From Nitrospinaceae bacterium (lineage in GTDB: Bacteria > Nitrospinota > Nitrospinia > Nitrospinales > Nitrospinaceae): a stretch of DNA of 64,000 nt. The notes below the pieces were generated by a model. It had not been told where the DNA came from. It was given only the letters and a program-made list of their open reading frames with translations, and ran no database searches. Location of the stretch: the NCBI GenBank assembly GCA_965223665.1, contig OZ245011.1, positions 1,952,001 through 2,016,000 of the forward strand, in the 5' to 3' direction. The position numbers and the translations under genes were made by a program. Of the stretch, positions 1-9,994 are shown piece by piece; within the stretch, counting starts at the first letter, position 1; each line of letters opens with the position of its first letter.

Positions 1-1
1 G

Positions 2-1135
2 CATTGTAAAAATGCGCGCCCTTTCGTTAAAAAATTAAACTCTGAGTTTTCCTGGATTCAGGTTTTTTCCCATGACGTAAGCACCCTGTCTGAAAACTCA
101 AAAATTTTTGAAAAATTAGCAAAAGAACTTGGAGCAACAACGGTTGCTGTCCCTGCATTTTTCTTTTGTGAGAAAATGCATCTAGGATTCACATCCGAAG
201 CCTCTACCGGCAAAATGTTAAAAGAGCAATTGCAGCATTGCTATAAAGAATTGTTAATCTCAAAACAAACTTCAACGACTCCAAATAAAATACTTGAAAA
301 GAATGGGAAAATTCATATTCCATTATGGGGAGAATTAGAACCCTCTTCAGTTTCGTTACCCTTCTTTACCTTAATCTTAGCCGGTGTGGATGCATTTAAT
401 CCTTGCGCATTTTTCGTTTTGTTATTTTTGCTCAGTATTCTTGTACATACGAAAGATCGCAAACGAATGATTATTATTGGTGGGATTTTTGTGTTTTTTT
501 CCGGATTAATCTACTTTTTGTTTATGGCGGCGTGGTTAAATTTATTTTTACTTTTGGGGGAAATTCGTTGGGTAACTCTTGTGGCAGGCATATTTGCAGT
601 GATTTTTTCTTTAATAAATATAAAAGATTTTTTCTGGTTTAAAAAAGGAGTTTCTTTGTCAATTCCCGAAAGCGCTAAACCAGGTTTGTTTCAGCGAATG
701 CGCAACCTGACTTTTTCTTCAAATCTCCCCTCACTAATGATTGGGGCTATCCTATTAGCTTTAGCAGCTAATTCCTATGAACTGATTTGCACCTCAGGTT
801 TCCCCATGATTTTCACAAGGGTGCTTACGCTTAGCAATCTTTCAGTTGAAAAATATTATTTTTATTTGGCTTTTTATAATATTGTTTATGTTATTCCGTT
901 AATGATTATAGTATTTATTTTTGTTGTTACTTTAGGTTCGAGAAAATTAACTGAAAGGGAAGGAAGAATATCAAAGTTAATTTCAGGATTAATGATGTTG
1001 TCTCTTGGATTACTTTTAATAATTAATCCATCGTTATTAAATAATTTATTTGCGGCGATAGGCCTGTTGTTTTTTGCTTTGGTTCTTACCTTTATAATTG
1101 TCAAAATCATGAAGTTCAGGAACGAATCATTTTGA
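2..1135 (+). CDS. 5'-truncated glutaredoxin/thioredoxin-domain membrane protein with DsbD/CcdA-like TM domain
   Basis: Frame is open from base 2 (HCKNARPF..VAVPAFF, end of a CxxC plus cis-Pro motif) into the ORF at 176; DAFNPCAF and ELICTSGFP motifs; many TM helices. Confidence 0.75.
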   Translation, partial: HCKNARPFVKKLNSEFSWIQVFSHDVSTLSENSKIFEKLAKELGATTVAVPAFFFCEKMHLGFTSEASTGKMLKEQLQHCYKELLISKQTSTTPNKILEKNGKIHIPLWGELEPSSVSLPFFTLILAGVDAFNPCAFFVLLFLLSILVHTKDRKRMIIIGGIFVFFSGLIYFLFMAAWLNLFLLLGEIRWVTLVAGIFAVIFSLINIKDFFWFKKGVSLSIPESAKPGLFQRMRNLTFSSNLPSLMIGAILLALAANSYELICTSGFPMIFTRVLTLSNLSVEKYYFYLAFYNIVYVIPLMIIVFIFVVTLGSRKLTEREGRISKLISGLMMLSLGLLLIINPSLLNNLFAAIGLLFFALVLTFIIVKIMKFRNESF

Positions 1136-1247
1136 AATATTTAAAGAGCAACTGACCCAACCCCGGAGTTGAGTCCACTTTTACGAACGCATGTTTGACA
1201 GGTGGGTGTATTCCTGTTTCGGCACTTTGCCCCTGTCTCCAAATAAC

Positions 1248-1871
1248 TTAAGGAGTGGGATTCAGTTTTGAACTGTGAAAAGCATCAATCAATTCATTGT
1301 AACCTTCCCGAGTAGTTGCGTTGGCATTAACATTCATCAATTGATCGCCCACCACCCCGAAATAAAAGGATTGGTGAAATAAGATTTTTCGTTTTTTTGG
1401 AGTTTGATAAATAAGAAATTCAAACGCCTCAAAATTTACTGACCCGATTTGTTGTTGATATTTTCTCTTTTCAAAGTTCACATTTTGGTGGGTAAATGTT
1501 TGTTCAATCATGTCCTCATTACGTTGGGTAAACTCTACCAGGTTTCCATCGTATTCAGGATCGTAATCTTGAAGGGAAGAAGCAAACAGATTAAATTTAT
1601 CTTTTTTCAGGTTAAGAAGTAACTCATAAGAAGGAATCCTGATCTTTTGATCATTGGCCGTTTCCATCATTTCTATTCCTGTTTTGGACAGCTTTTTTAC
1701 CTCACTGGCTGAGTTTGTTTTCCAACCCGGAGGAAGCGTCATTTCCCACCCAATTCCACTATGGGTGTACACTCCGCTTTCAATCTTCGACTCATTAAGC
1801 CAATCGCACCCCGAATAAAGGAAAATAAAGAATAAAAGTAAAAATGTAAAACCCTTTTTAAACGATAACAT
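1248..1871 (-). CDS. Putative lipoprotein, paralog 1 of a tandem triplet
   Basis: Start moved to ATG 1871 (AAGGAG RBS, aligns with paralogs); lipobox LYSGC; ends NSKLNPTP-like as its neighbours do. Confidence 0.8.
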   Translation of the reverse strand: MLSFKKGFTFLLLFFIFLYSGCDWLNESKIESGVYTHSGIGWEMTLPPGWKTNSASEVKKLSKTGIEMMETANDQKIRIPSYELLLNLKKDKFNLFASSLQDYDPEYDGNLVEFTQRNEDMIEQTFTHQNVNFEKRKYQQQIGSVNFEAFEFLIYQTPKKRKILFHQSFYFGVVGDQLMNVNANATTREGYNELIDAFHSSKLNPTP

Positions 1872-2159
1872 TGGAATCTTCTCCTTCGGTCCAGGGTCCA
1901 CCCTTCCCCGAGTCTGGAGCATTACAGCAAATAGCGTTGGAGATGAATGGATTCTTATTAGAAGGGGCTTAATAAAAAAGGGTAACGGAATCAGGTGTGT
2001 TTTTCATTATTTAAAAAATAAAATTTTGTATCGAGGCCAAATTCAATGTGAGAAATTTACCTGAAATGACAATCACCTGACTTTGACCGGAAATATTTTC
2101 GACGCTCTCTTTGGAAGTGTCTCTATATATAGAACAAACTCGACTTTTGGGGAAAGTCT

Positions 2160-2786
2160 TTAAGGAGTGGGATTCAGTTTCGAGTTGTAGAAAGCATTCA
2201 TCAATGCATCATAGTTTGCTGGAGAGTTCGCGTTTATGTTCACACTCATCATTCGGTTCCCGGCCTGGCCAAAAAAATATGATTGATATAAAATAACCGA
2301 TTCCTTGCTGGGGCTTCGATAAAGGATAAACTCGAAAACTTCAAAATTCACCGCTCCAATTTGTTTTTGAAAACTTTTCTTGTCAAAGGTTATTCCCTTG
2401 TGGGTGAACGTTCGGGAAATCATGTCTGCATTCGTCTTGGTAAAATTCTTGAGTGCGTCATCTTTGCTCAGGTCAAAGTCCTGAACTGTAGAAACAAATT
2501 GGTTCAGTTGATCTTTTTTGAAAATAAGAAGAATCTCATAAGGCAACACTTTGACCTCACCTTCGTGCGCATCTTCCATATCCTTTTTTCCTGCGTCTAT
2601 TAACTTTTTAATGTCCTCGGTTTTACTCACTTGCCATCCCTGGGGAATTGTCATCTCCCAACCTAATTTTTCATGGGAATACGCATTATTGGCAACAGCG
2701 GTCTCACTTGCCAGAGTGGATACCGGGGCGATAATTAACAATACAAGTATGACTAATAAAGTGAATGACTTTTTAATCGATATCAT
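2160..2786 (-). CDS. Secreted hypothetical protein, paralog 2
   Basis: Signal peptide; GWEMTIPQGW and FYNSKLNPTP shared with neighbours; AGGAG RBS. Confidence 0.85.
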   Translation of the reverse strand: MISIKKSFTLLVILVLLIIAPVSTLASETAVANNAYSHEKLGWEMTIPQGWQVSKTEDIKKLIDAGKKDMEDAHEGEVKVLPYEILLIFKKDQLNQFVSTVQDFDLSKDDALKNFTKTNADMISRTFTHKGITFDKKSFQKQIGAVNFEVFEFILYRSPSKESVILYQSYFFGQAGNRMMSVNINANSPANYDALMNAFYNSKLNPTP

Positions 2787-2956
2787 GGGTGAGGTCTCCT
2801 ATGATCCTGGGTCAAACTTTTCTAAAGTTCAGGTCGGGTTAACGTCCAGTGCACAGAGCCTGGAATTCTTTATAAAGTAGCACATAAAAAAAGAGTAACG
2901 CAATCATAAGAATTTATCACTCTTAAAAAAGCGAATCGCAACTCAAAGTAATATTT

Positions 2957-3580
2957 TTATTGAGGTGGATTCAGCCGGGAATTGTAGAAGGCATTGAGAA
3001 GGGCATTATAGTTCGCCTGAGTTTTTGCGTTGGCGTTCACTACCATCAACTGTTCTCCTATTTGACCAAAGAAAAGGGACTGATATAAAATCACTTGTTC
3101 CTTTTTCTCAGACAAATACAGAATAAATTCAAACGCCGCAAACTCCACCTCCCCAACTTTCTTTTCAAAACTTCTCTTATCAAAGCTATATTTTTTGTGA
3201 GCAAAGGTCTTTGCCATTATATTTTGATTTTGTCTGGCATAGTCTTTATGAGATCCCACATTTTCTGTGTCAATCTTCTGAATAGTGGAAACAAACTGAT
3301 TGAGCAAATCCATTTTAAAATTGAGAATAATTTCGTAAGGAGGGAATTCGACTTGTTGTTGATGAGCCTCCTCAATATCTTTTTTCCCTTTCTCCGCAAA
3401 CGCCTTGATATCTTCAGACCGAGTCACCTTCCATCCTGGGGGAATGGTTATCTGCCATCCAATTCTTTCGTTGGTATAAACCCCGTTATCAATCCCCGTT
3501 CCTTTGGCCATCGCCGAGAAGGGCAAAAGGAACAATATCATTATGAAGCTTATAACAAATCGCTTTTTAATCGAGTGCAT
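2957..3580 (-). CDS. Secreted hypothetical protein, paralog 3
   Basis: Signal peptide; GWQITIPPGW, FYNSRLNPPQ; AAGGAG RBS. Confidence 0.85.
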   Translation of the reverse strand: MHSIKKRFVISFIMILFLLPFSAMAKGTGIDNGVYTNERIGWQITIPPGWKVTRSEDIKAFAEKGKKDIEEAHQQQVEFPPYEIILNFKMDLLNQFVSTIQKIDTENVGSHKDYARQNQNIMAKTFAHKKYSFDKRSFEKKVGEVEFAAFEFILYLSEKKEQVILYQSLFFGQIGEQLMVVNANAKTQANYNALLNAFYNSRLNPPQ

Positions 3581-3770
3581 GGGTGGATTCTCCTTTGGCC
3601 CAAGGGCCTTGCTTTCCTAAATAATCAGGTACCACGTGACTCATGCGTCGACGGTGATCGGAAAACTTTTCTCCCTCTTTGGATTGAGTCGCTACACCGT
3701 TCACCTTCCACGGTTTGCACATCAAACACCCCGCCCGCTGATTTTTAGATTTTTTTCGTTTGTGATGCAT
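3567..3770 (-). CDS. Small basic CxxC protein
   Basis: MHHKRKKSKNQRAGCLMCKPWK; overlaps the start of paralog 3 by 14 nt. Confidence 0.5.
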   Translation of the reverse strand: MHHKRKKSKNQRAGCLMCKPWKVNGVATQSKEGEKFSDHRRRMSHVVPDYLGKQGPWAKGESTHALD

Positions 3771-3961
3771 AGATCTCTTTTCAGGAAATAATCACTCAGT
3801 TTTGCGCAGTAAAAAGATTATCGTAAATTCATCCTTTTTTCATCTATTATATATAGAAGAAACTCCCTTGTTGGAACGAATGGGCTTAGGTCATTGATTC
3901 TATTTGACGGATTTTTTACTAGGATAAAGGCTCATTCTATATATTTCCTTTAAAGTCGCCC

Positions 3962-4708
3962 ATGAAGCATATTAAAAACTCAATTTCATTGAAAATTCTG
4001 ACAGTTCTCCTCCTCCTGGGATTTTTCTTTGGGTGCACTTCCACACCAACAACTCAGGAAGAGAAAACAACCAATGCTTCGAAAGGCCCCAAAGAAAAAG
4101 AAATTTATATCCCGAAAGATTTAGAAGACGCGCATCGAGAATTGGAAAAATTATTTCCTAAGGTAGAACTGGAAAAGATTAAAGCTTCCGAAGATGAGAG
4201 CGTAATGAACCCATACCATTTAGGATTTGGCACCTGGCTGCGAAATAACTGGGGACTTTGGAATGGTTCCAGGTTAAGAGACTATTTTAATGAAATGGGG
4301 ATATATCATCCGGAGGATATGTCAGGAATTCTTTTTGATACGTTCTGGCGCAAATTGCATAATCAACCGCTGCAACTTGAAGAACAAGTTCAACTCTACA
4401 AAGGGTTTTGGAGAAAACGCAGTAAACCAGATGCTAAAAGCCCTAAAGATGGAGCTGAAATTATCTGGTTTACTCTTCACACCTACCCAAATACAGATCG
4501 GGAAGATCCCTTATACATTTTTAAACAAGGAGTCGTTTTATACGGTGTCAGTACTTCAGACAAATCGATTTGGCGGTATGACCACGACTCCGGAAAAGGA
4601 ATCGAACCCGCTACTGCAGAAGACAAAGAGATCATTAGAGAACAATACCGAGATTGCATAAACTGTAACCTTGAAGAAATTGGCCTGTCTCCTACAGAGG
4701 GAAAATAA
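3962..4708 (+). CDS. Lipoprotein, DUF6794-like
   Basis: Lipobox FFGC; IPKDLED..GTWLRNNWGLW..GIYHPEDMS motif. Confidence 0.7.
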   Translation: MKHIKNSISLKILTVLLLLGFFFGCTSTPTTQEEKTTNASKGPKEKEIYIPKDLEDAHRELEKLFPKVELEKIKASEDESVMNPYHLGFGTWLRNNWGLWNGSRLRDYFNEMGIYHPEDMSGILFDTFWRKLHNQPLQLEEQVQLYKGFWRKRSKPDAKSPKDGAEIIWFTLHTYPNTDREDPLYIFKQGVVLYGVSTSDKSIWRYDHDSGKGIEPATAEDKEIIREQYRDCINCNLEEIGLSPTEGK

Positions 4709-4821
4709 AACTCGCTTTCTTTAATTTACCCCGAATATACCCCCATCCGAATTTGACAATTTTGTCTATAAATAATATTGTTTTGAATCACACCATATTT
4801 TTCAAAATCAAGGAGAAGATC

Positions 4822-5844
4822 ATGAAGAAATCTCTAATCATTCCAGCACTTACAGGTTTTTTATTGTTCCTCGGCACTTCCAGTTACGCGATCACGGACA
4901 CTTTCATGAATCCGGAGGACAGTTACGTCCGCCAGTCTTCACCGTCCACCAATTACGGATCGGAGACCACCTTAATCGCCGATGGAGTCAATCAAGATCC
5001 CGATAATGGAACTTTTGGGGAAGTCGCGACTTTAATTAAATGGGACGTTTCCTCTATCCCCTCGAATGCGACGATAGTTTCCGCGGCAATTACCCTGGAA
5101 CTTTTTAATGCCAGTACAGGAACCTATTCCGTGCGCCAGCAAAATGGGAGCTGGGCAGAAGGGACCGTTTCCTGGAATGATTTATCCACTACAGCCACCC
5201 CTTTGGGAACGATTCCGGTTTTAAAAAATGGTTTAACGATTATTCCTCTTAATAGCGACGGTTTAAATATGATTCAAGGTTGGGTGGATGGCTCTATTGA
5301 TAATGATGGAATTGCCATTCGAACCGATGGAACCAATGACGGTATTCTTATCTACTCCAAAGAATCTTCAAATGTAAAACCCAAACTGGAAATCAACTAT
5401 TCTGTAGGGGAAACTCAATTCATTTCTCTGGATCAGTTAGATAGAGGGCCAGGCACAAATTTTATCATAGAGATTCCTGTTAACATTCCTCACGGATCTG
5501 TTTTCCAGGGGATGACTTATTACTACACTAGCTTTGAACCGGACCCTGTCCGTGAAAACCATGAAACTTATGTCGTTCTTTATAAAAGGGACCTTGGTGA
5601 AGAGTTGGACAGTAATTTCCCGGATTTTACCTTTATAGAAATAGGTAGAATCATAGCCACACAAGAAACCGGAAACAGCCTTGTCTCAACCTCTTTATCG
5701 GAACCTGTGGATAATGCGAATTTCAAATATTTGGTAAAAGTATTCGGATTGGAACCCGGAGGGGACCCCAATAATCGATTTGATCAAGATCCTCCCGTTA
5801 CCACCACTAAAGGAATCGTAATTGAATACACCCCACCCAATTAG
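4822..5844 (+). CDS. Secreted DNRLRE/CBM96-like domain protein
   Basis: AGGAG RBS then ATG 4822; signal peptide; EDSYVR..NYG..LIKWDVSSIP..SKE..KPKLEINY. Confidence 0.8.
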   Translation: MKKSLIIPALTGFLLFLGTSSYAITDTFMNPEDSYVRQSSPSTNYGSETTLIADGVNQDPDNGTFGEVATLIKWDVSSIPSNATIVSAAITLELFNASTGTYSVRQQNGSWAEGTVSWNDLSTTATPLGTIPVLKNGLTIIPLNSDGLNMIQGWVDGSIDNDGIAIRTDGTNDGILIYSKESSNVKPKLEINYSVGETQFISLDQLDRGPGTNFIIEIPVNIPHGSVFQGMTYYYTSFEPDPVRENHETYVVLYKRDLGEELDSNFPDFTFIEIGRIIATQETGNSLVSTSLSEPVDNANFKYLVKVFGLEPGGDPNNRFDQDPPVTTTKGIVIEYTPPN

Positions 5845-5864
5845 TTGTTTAGATATCTATAATT

Positions 5865-5893
5865 ACCCCCGAGGACTTTTGGCCTCGGGGGTT
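5865..5893 (+). terminator. Hairpin terminator
   Basis: CCCCCGAGG-loop-CCTCGGGGG followed by a T-rich tract, just after stop 5844. Confidence 0.75.
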
Positions 5894-6204
5894 ATATTTA
5901 GTTTTAAATAAAAACTAACTTAAAATATCCATCCTTCTTTCGCTCCTGTTATTTCCCCCATTTCTAGAAGACCTGATTGACCCTCAACCACCCTGACCCA
6001 AAGACCAGCAGAATATTCGACACCCTTAAATATTTTGTCTAAGTTAAAAATTAGAAAATTAAGGGGTTTTTGTCGAGATTTTTGCGGATTTTTGAGAGTT
6101 TTTTGAATAATTTTTTTCCTGAAATCGACGAAATCTAAAATTTATCCTTATTTTTCAAATATTTATAATAATTAAAAAAATTATAAAAATATCTAGATTT
6201 TTTG

Positions 6205-6244
6205 TTGACAAATTTCAATAATTGTCTAATATTATACCTAGACA
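6205..6244 (+). promoter_or_regulatory. Sigma70 promoter with overlapping TGTCTA-N10-TAGACA operator (candidate CarH site)
   Basis: TTGACA at 6205, TAATAT/TATTAT at 6227-6235, inverted repeat at 6223-6244 upstream of the carH-like operon. Confidence 0.5.
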
Positions 6245-6292
6245 GTTTGTTAAGTTTTTTATCACTTTTAATTCATCTCAAGGAGATTCAAA

Positions 6293-6979
6293 ATGAAAAC
6301 CACAACAAAAATTATCCAAACTTTGACAGCCGTTTCCGCATCTTTAATTCTTTCTACTGGCCTCGCTGCGGCTCATGGCTCTCACGACCATTCCAAACTT
6401 CCTTTGAAATGGAAATTCTCCAAAAAAGTCGAATCTAAAATCCAAAAACGTGGTGGACTTCAAGATAGCGGTTACTACATTGGATTGACTTCTCACAAAC
6501 AAAAAGTTTTAGAAAAATATGGAATCAAGGACGGAAACATTTTTTCTACGGAAATTAATGGAGTGAATGCTTATGTCAAACGTACCTCCGCCGGTATTCA
6601 AATCGTTGACAGTGGAATCACCAATATCGACGCCAAAATGGTATTGCCGATTCGTCCGAAAAATGGAATCTCTTTAGTTTCTACCGCGGCGATGAATCAT
6701 CCTGGCCACGATCACTCCGTTGTGAATTATGAATGGTCTTTTGCTCCTGATACGCAAAATCGTATTGCCAAACGTTTGGGTAACCAGGCTGCCGTTTATG
6801 TGGGTCTCACTCATTTTGAACAAGCCCTGTTGAACGATTACAACATAAAAGTCGGCAACAAGTTTCATACTGTGATCCATGGCGACACGATGATCGCAGA
6901 ACGCACCAGTGGTGGGTTGAAAGTGATGACCGAACCCAGTGAAGTGGCGCAACTGAATGCTGACAATGGCGCAATGTAA
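6293..6979 (+). CDS. Secreted protein with two internal repeats, each starting with a His-rich motif
   Basis: AAGGAG RBS; signal peptide; HGSHDHS..WKFS..IGLT..YGIKDGN versus HPGHDHS..WSFA..VGLT..YNIKVGN. Confidence 0.85.
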   Translation: MKTTTKIIQTLTAVSASLILSTGLAAAHGSHDHSKLPLKWKFSKKVESKIQKRGGLQDSGYYIGLTSHKQKVLEKYGIKDGNIFSTEINGVNAYVKRTSAGIQIVDSGITNIDAKMVLPIRPKNGISLVSTAAMNHPGHDHSVVNYEWSFAPDTQNRIAKRLGNQAAVYVGLTHFEQALLNDYNIKVGNKFHTVIHGDTMIAERTSGGLKVMTEPSEVAQLNADNGAM

Positions 6980-7012
6980 TAAGGCAACTGACGAGTCAAC
7001 TTTTAACTGGAA

Positions 7013-7933
7013 ATGATCATGCTAACCAAAACGACACAAATGAACGATCAGCTGCTCACCATCGGGGAACTGGCAAAAAGAACTGGCATCACCACACACA
7101 CGCTCCGCAAGTGGGAAAAACGATACCAGGCCCCGAAGTCGATCCGCCTTCCTTCCGGACACCGGCGTTACCGTCCTGAAGAGGCGGATCGACTGAAAGC
7201 CGTAGCCAAGGCGTTGGAACTGGGTTTTCGGGCTGGAAGAATTGCGGGCGGTACTTTGGATGAGCTGAAGGAACTGATGGGGTTGGAAAAGTCCATCCAG
7301 GTACCGTCTCAGGCAAAACTGTCTGAGAGTTCACACATTGTTAAAAATTGGTTGCAGTGGGTCAAAGATTTCGATGAAGAACCGCTGGTTAGAGATATGC
7401 ATTGTCAATGGGGACGTCTCGGTCCGTTACGTTTCGTGACCGACCTGGCAGCGCCATGGGTAATGCAGATTGGGGAACATTGGCAACATGGGCATCTTAC
7501 AGTAGCGCATGAACATTTTGCCACCTCACTGCTCAGCGACTTTTTATCAAATCGGTGGCGTGGACTGAACGAACATAAGGAAGGACAACGTACGGCTCTG
7601 CTCACCACGCTGCCGGGAGAGAAACATATTTTAGGACTGCTGATGTGCGCGGTGGTCACGGCGGTGACTCACTGGAAAGTCATCTTCCTGGGACTGGACA
7701 CTCCGGAAGAAGAAATCGTTACCACCATGCGCAACTGTAATGCCGAGGTCTTATGCGTCAGTGTGACTGGTTGGTTTGGCGTTTCCCGAGCCCGACCGAT
7801 CTTGTGGCGCATTCGTAAACAGTTGAGCAAGGGCGTCGATATCTTTGTCGGGGGCAGTGGTGCTCCTGAGGATATCAAGGGCGTGCATAAAGTGGAAGAT
7901 TTTAACCAGTATCATAAATTTTTAACTCAATAG
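7013..7933 (+). CDS. carH: MerR-family cobalamin-binding regulator (CarH/LitR-like photoreceptor)
   Basis: MerR HTH (IGELAKRTGITTHTLRKWEKRY); W-x9-EH-type motif (WQHGHLTVAHEH); B12-binding GEKHILG; Rossmann C-terminus. Confidence 0.85.
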   Translation: MIMLTKTTQMNDQLLTIGELAKRTGITTHTLRKWEKRYQAPKSIRLPSGHRRYRPEEADRLKAVAKALELGFRAGRIAGGTLDELKELMGLEKSIQVPSQAKLSESSHIVKNWLQWVKDFDEEPLVRDMHCQWGRLGPLRFVTDLAAPWVMQIGEHWQHGHLTVAHEHFATSLLSDFLSNRWRGLNEHKEGQRTALLTTLPGEKHILGLLMCAVVTAVTHWKVIFLGLDTPEEEIVTTMRNCNAEVLCVSVTGWFGVSRARPILWRIRKQLSKGVDIFVGGSGAPEDIKGVHKVEDFNQYHKFLTQ

Positions 7934-7967
7934 AAAGATAACCATTCCAATTTAAGGAGAGAGGACC

Positions 7968-8168
7968 GTGGACTATCAAGTAACTATTTTTAAAACAAAG
8001 GAAGATCTGTTTCCCCAAATGGAGAATGGCAAAATCGAAACTAGTTACTCTCCTCTAAACTGGAATGATTTTTCAACTTATGAATCCGGGGAATCGGTAT
8101 CTCAAAATGAACCATTAAATACACAATATCCCCTGATAAAATTTATTTCAAAACTGAGGAGGCGGTAA
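7968..8168 (+). CDS. Small hypothetical protein
   Basis: AAGGAG RBS, GTG start; stop overlaps the next ATG (TAATG). Confidence 0.55.
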   Translation: MDYQVTIFKTKEDLFPQMENGKIETSYSPLNWNDFSTYESGESVSQNEPLNTQYPLIKFISKLRRR

Positions 8169-8332
8169 TGTTTTACGATGTGAAAATTTTTAATGCAAAG
8201 GGTAAACTTAAAAAAACCATCACGAGAGAACAATTAAGCCAAAGACACTGGCAGTTTTTTGAGAAACAACATACATTAAGAAAGAGAATTAAAAATCTTC
8301 TCCCAAATATGCCTGCACCCGTAGATGTGTAG
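8168..8332 (+). CDS. 54-aa hypothetical protein missing from the ORF track
   Basis: GAGGAGG RBS; TAATG coupling; MFYDVKIFNAKGKLKKTITREQLSQRHWQFF.. Confidence 0.7.
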   Translation: MFYDVKIFNAKGKLKKTITREQLSQRHWQFFEKQHTLRKRIKNLLPNMPAPVDV

Positions 8333-8382
8333 GAATTCAGGGTGTTTACTATTTTTAAAGCAGACTATCAAGGAGTGAAGTC

Positions 8383-8643
8383 ATGAGAACTATAATCCTG
8401 TTAATATCATTAGTCCTATTGGTGGGTTGTAATACGACCCCCGTCCAACAACAATTTGAACGAATAGAAGGCCCTACGGCTCGATCCCATAATTCATTGG
8501 TCATGGACCGAGCTATATGCATAGCGGAACATAATAATCAAGTAGCCATTTTCAGCGATTGTATGAAATTTCGAGGATGGAAAATGCTGGATCCTGTAGC
8601 CGTTTCCGGTGAAATAGATTCCTATGACCCGGGCATTCAATAG
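8383..8643 (+). CDS. Small lipoprotein
   Basis: AAGGAG RBS; lipobox LVGC; DRAIC..CMKFRGW. Confidence 0.75.
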   Translation: MRTIILLISLVLLVGCNTTPVQQQFERIEGPTARSHNSLVMDRAICIAEHNNQVAIFSDCMKFRGWKMLDPVAVSGEIDSYDPGIQ

Positions 8644-8774
8644 GGATTAGGTTATTTTACGGTTTAATCAATCTACCCTATACTTTGGGGAGCCATGTGG
8701 ATCTGAATCCCCCTCAAAAAATTCAGTTTCTTAACGTGGCTCCCCTTCTGTATTTGAAATTATAAGATAAAGAC

Positions 8775-9728
8775 ATGAAGCAAAAAATCAAAATTGGGGT
8801 CAGTAGCTGTCTGATTGGAGAAAAAGTCAGGTGGAATGGGGATCATAAGCAGAACCATTATGTCCGGGAAGTATTGGGCCATTATTTTGAATACGTCCCG
8901 GTTTGTCCGGAGGTGGAAGTGGGAATGGGAACTCCCCGAGAAACTGTGGCTCTTTATGGACCGCGGGAAAACCCCAAAATGATCAGCCGGAAAAGTCATA
9001 TCGATTGGACTTCACCAATGCGACACTACATTAAAAATCGAATTCCTGAATTAAACAAGGAGGATCTTTGCGGATACATTTTTAAAAGCAAATCTCCCTC
9101 CTGTGGTTTAGCTAGAATTCCCGTCTACTCGGATTTTACCCACCAGAAAGCCAGGCATGGGGCCGGTTTGTTCGCCGATGCCTTTAAAACAAAATATCCC
9201 TGGGTTCCCACGGAAGACGAAGGTCGGTTAAACGATTTCAAAATTCGAGAAAATTTTCTGGTCCGCGTGTTTTGCTTTCACAGATGGCAGCGTTTATTAA
9301 AGGAAGGATTTTCCATAAAGACACTCGTGGACTTTCACACTCGTCACAAATTTTTACTTTTGTCTCATAGTCGAAAATATTATGACGCTCTGGGGAAACT
9401 GGTGGCAAACGCAAAGTCTTTTAAAAAGCGTGAACTCCAGGATCAATACGTCAGTTTATTTATGGAAGCTCTCACGTATAAATCCACTCCCAAAAAAAAT
9501 ACCGATGTGCTGCTTCATATGCTGGGCTTCTTCAAGAAACAACTGCAAAAAAATGAAAAAGAAAATATTTTGAAGGTCATAGAAGATTACCGAAACGAAC
9601 TCATCCCTTTAATTGTTCCCGTTTCCTTAATGCGTCACATGGTAACCATTCACAATATTAAATATTTGCAGGACCAGGTTTATCTAAACCCACATCCGAA
9701 AGAACTTATGTTACGAAATCATGTTTAA
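8775..9728 (+). CDS. DUF523 (2-thiouracil desulfurase-like) + DUF1722/YbgA fusion
   Basis: GVSSCLIGEKVRWNG, PVCPEV, KSKSPSCG, EDEGRL, FHTRHK, YLNPHPKELMLRNHV. Confidence 0.9.
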   Translation: MKQKIKIGVSSCLIGEKVRWNGDHKQNHYVREVLGHYFEYVPVCPEVEVGMGTPRETVALYGPRENPKMISRKSHIDWTSPMRHYIKNRIPELNKEDLCGYIFKSKSPSCGLARIPVYSDFTHQKARHGAGLFADAFKTKYPWVPTEDEGRLNDFKIRENFLVRVFCFHRWQRLLKEGFSIKTLVDFHTRHKFLLLSHSRKYYDALGKLVANAKSFKKRELQDQYVSLFMEALTYKSTPKKNTDVLLHMLGFFKKQLQKNEKENILKVIEDYRNELIPLIVPVSLMRHMVTIHNIKYLQDQVYLNPHPKELMLRNHV

Positions 9729-9860
9729 AGCTTTTAAACAACCTTTTTCTAATGCGCCAGGAATTTGAAAACAGGTTCATAAATTAGATTGGATTTAAAA
9801 AATGAAAATTTCCGAAGCGATTTCATTTGCACTGAAATCGAATTCATAACCTTCTTCAAC

Positions 9861-9900
9861 AAAAAAAAGAAAACCCAAAACGTGAGTTTTAGGTTTTCTC
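9861..9900 (-). terminator. Rho-independent terminator of precursor P4
   Basis: A-run followed by AGAAAACC..GGTTTTCT hairpin on the + strand. Confidence 0.65.
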
Positions 9901-9994
9901 ATTTACCCGGCGGGGTTCTTTAATCTAGAATTATCCTGTTTGCCTTGAGGAAAGTTTATGGAATCTTAGAAACTCAAGGTGAAGCATGGGGGAA

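Noticed and set aside
8687-8744. GGGGAGCCA..TGGCTCCCC long hairpin as an ncRNA
   Set aside because: Single stem with no family features; more likely a terminator or stabiliser
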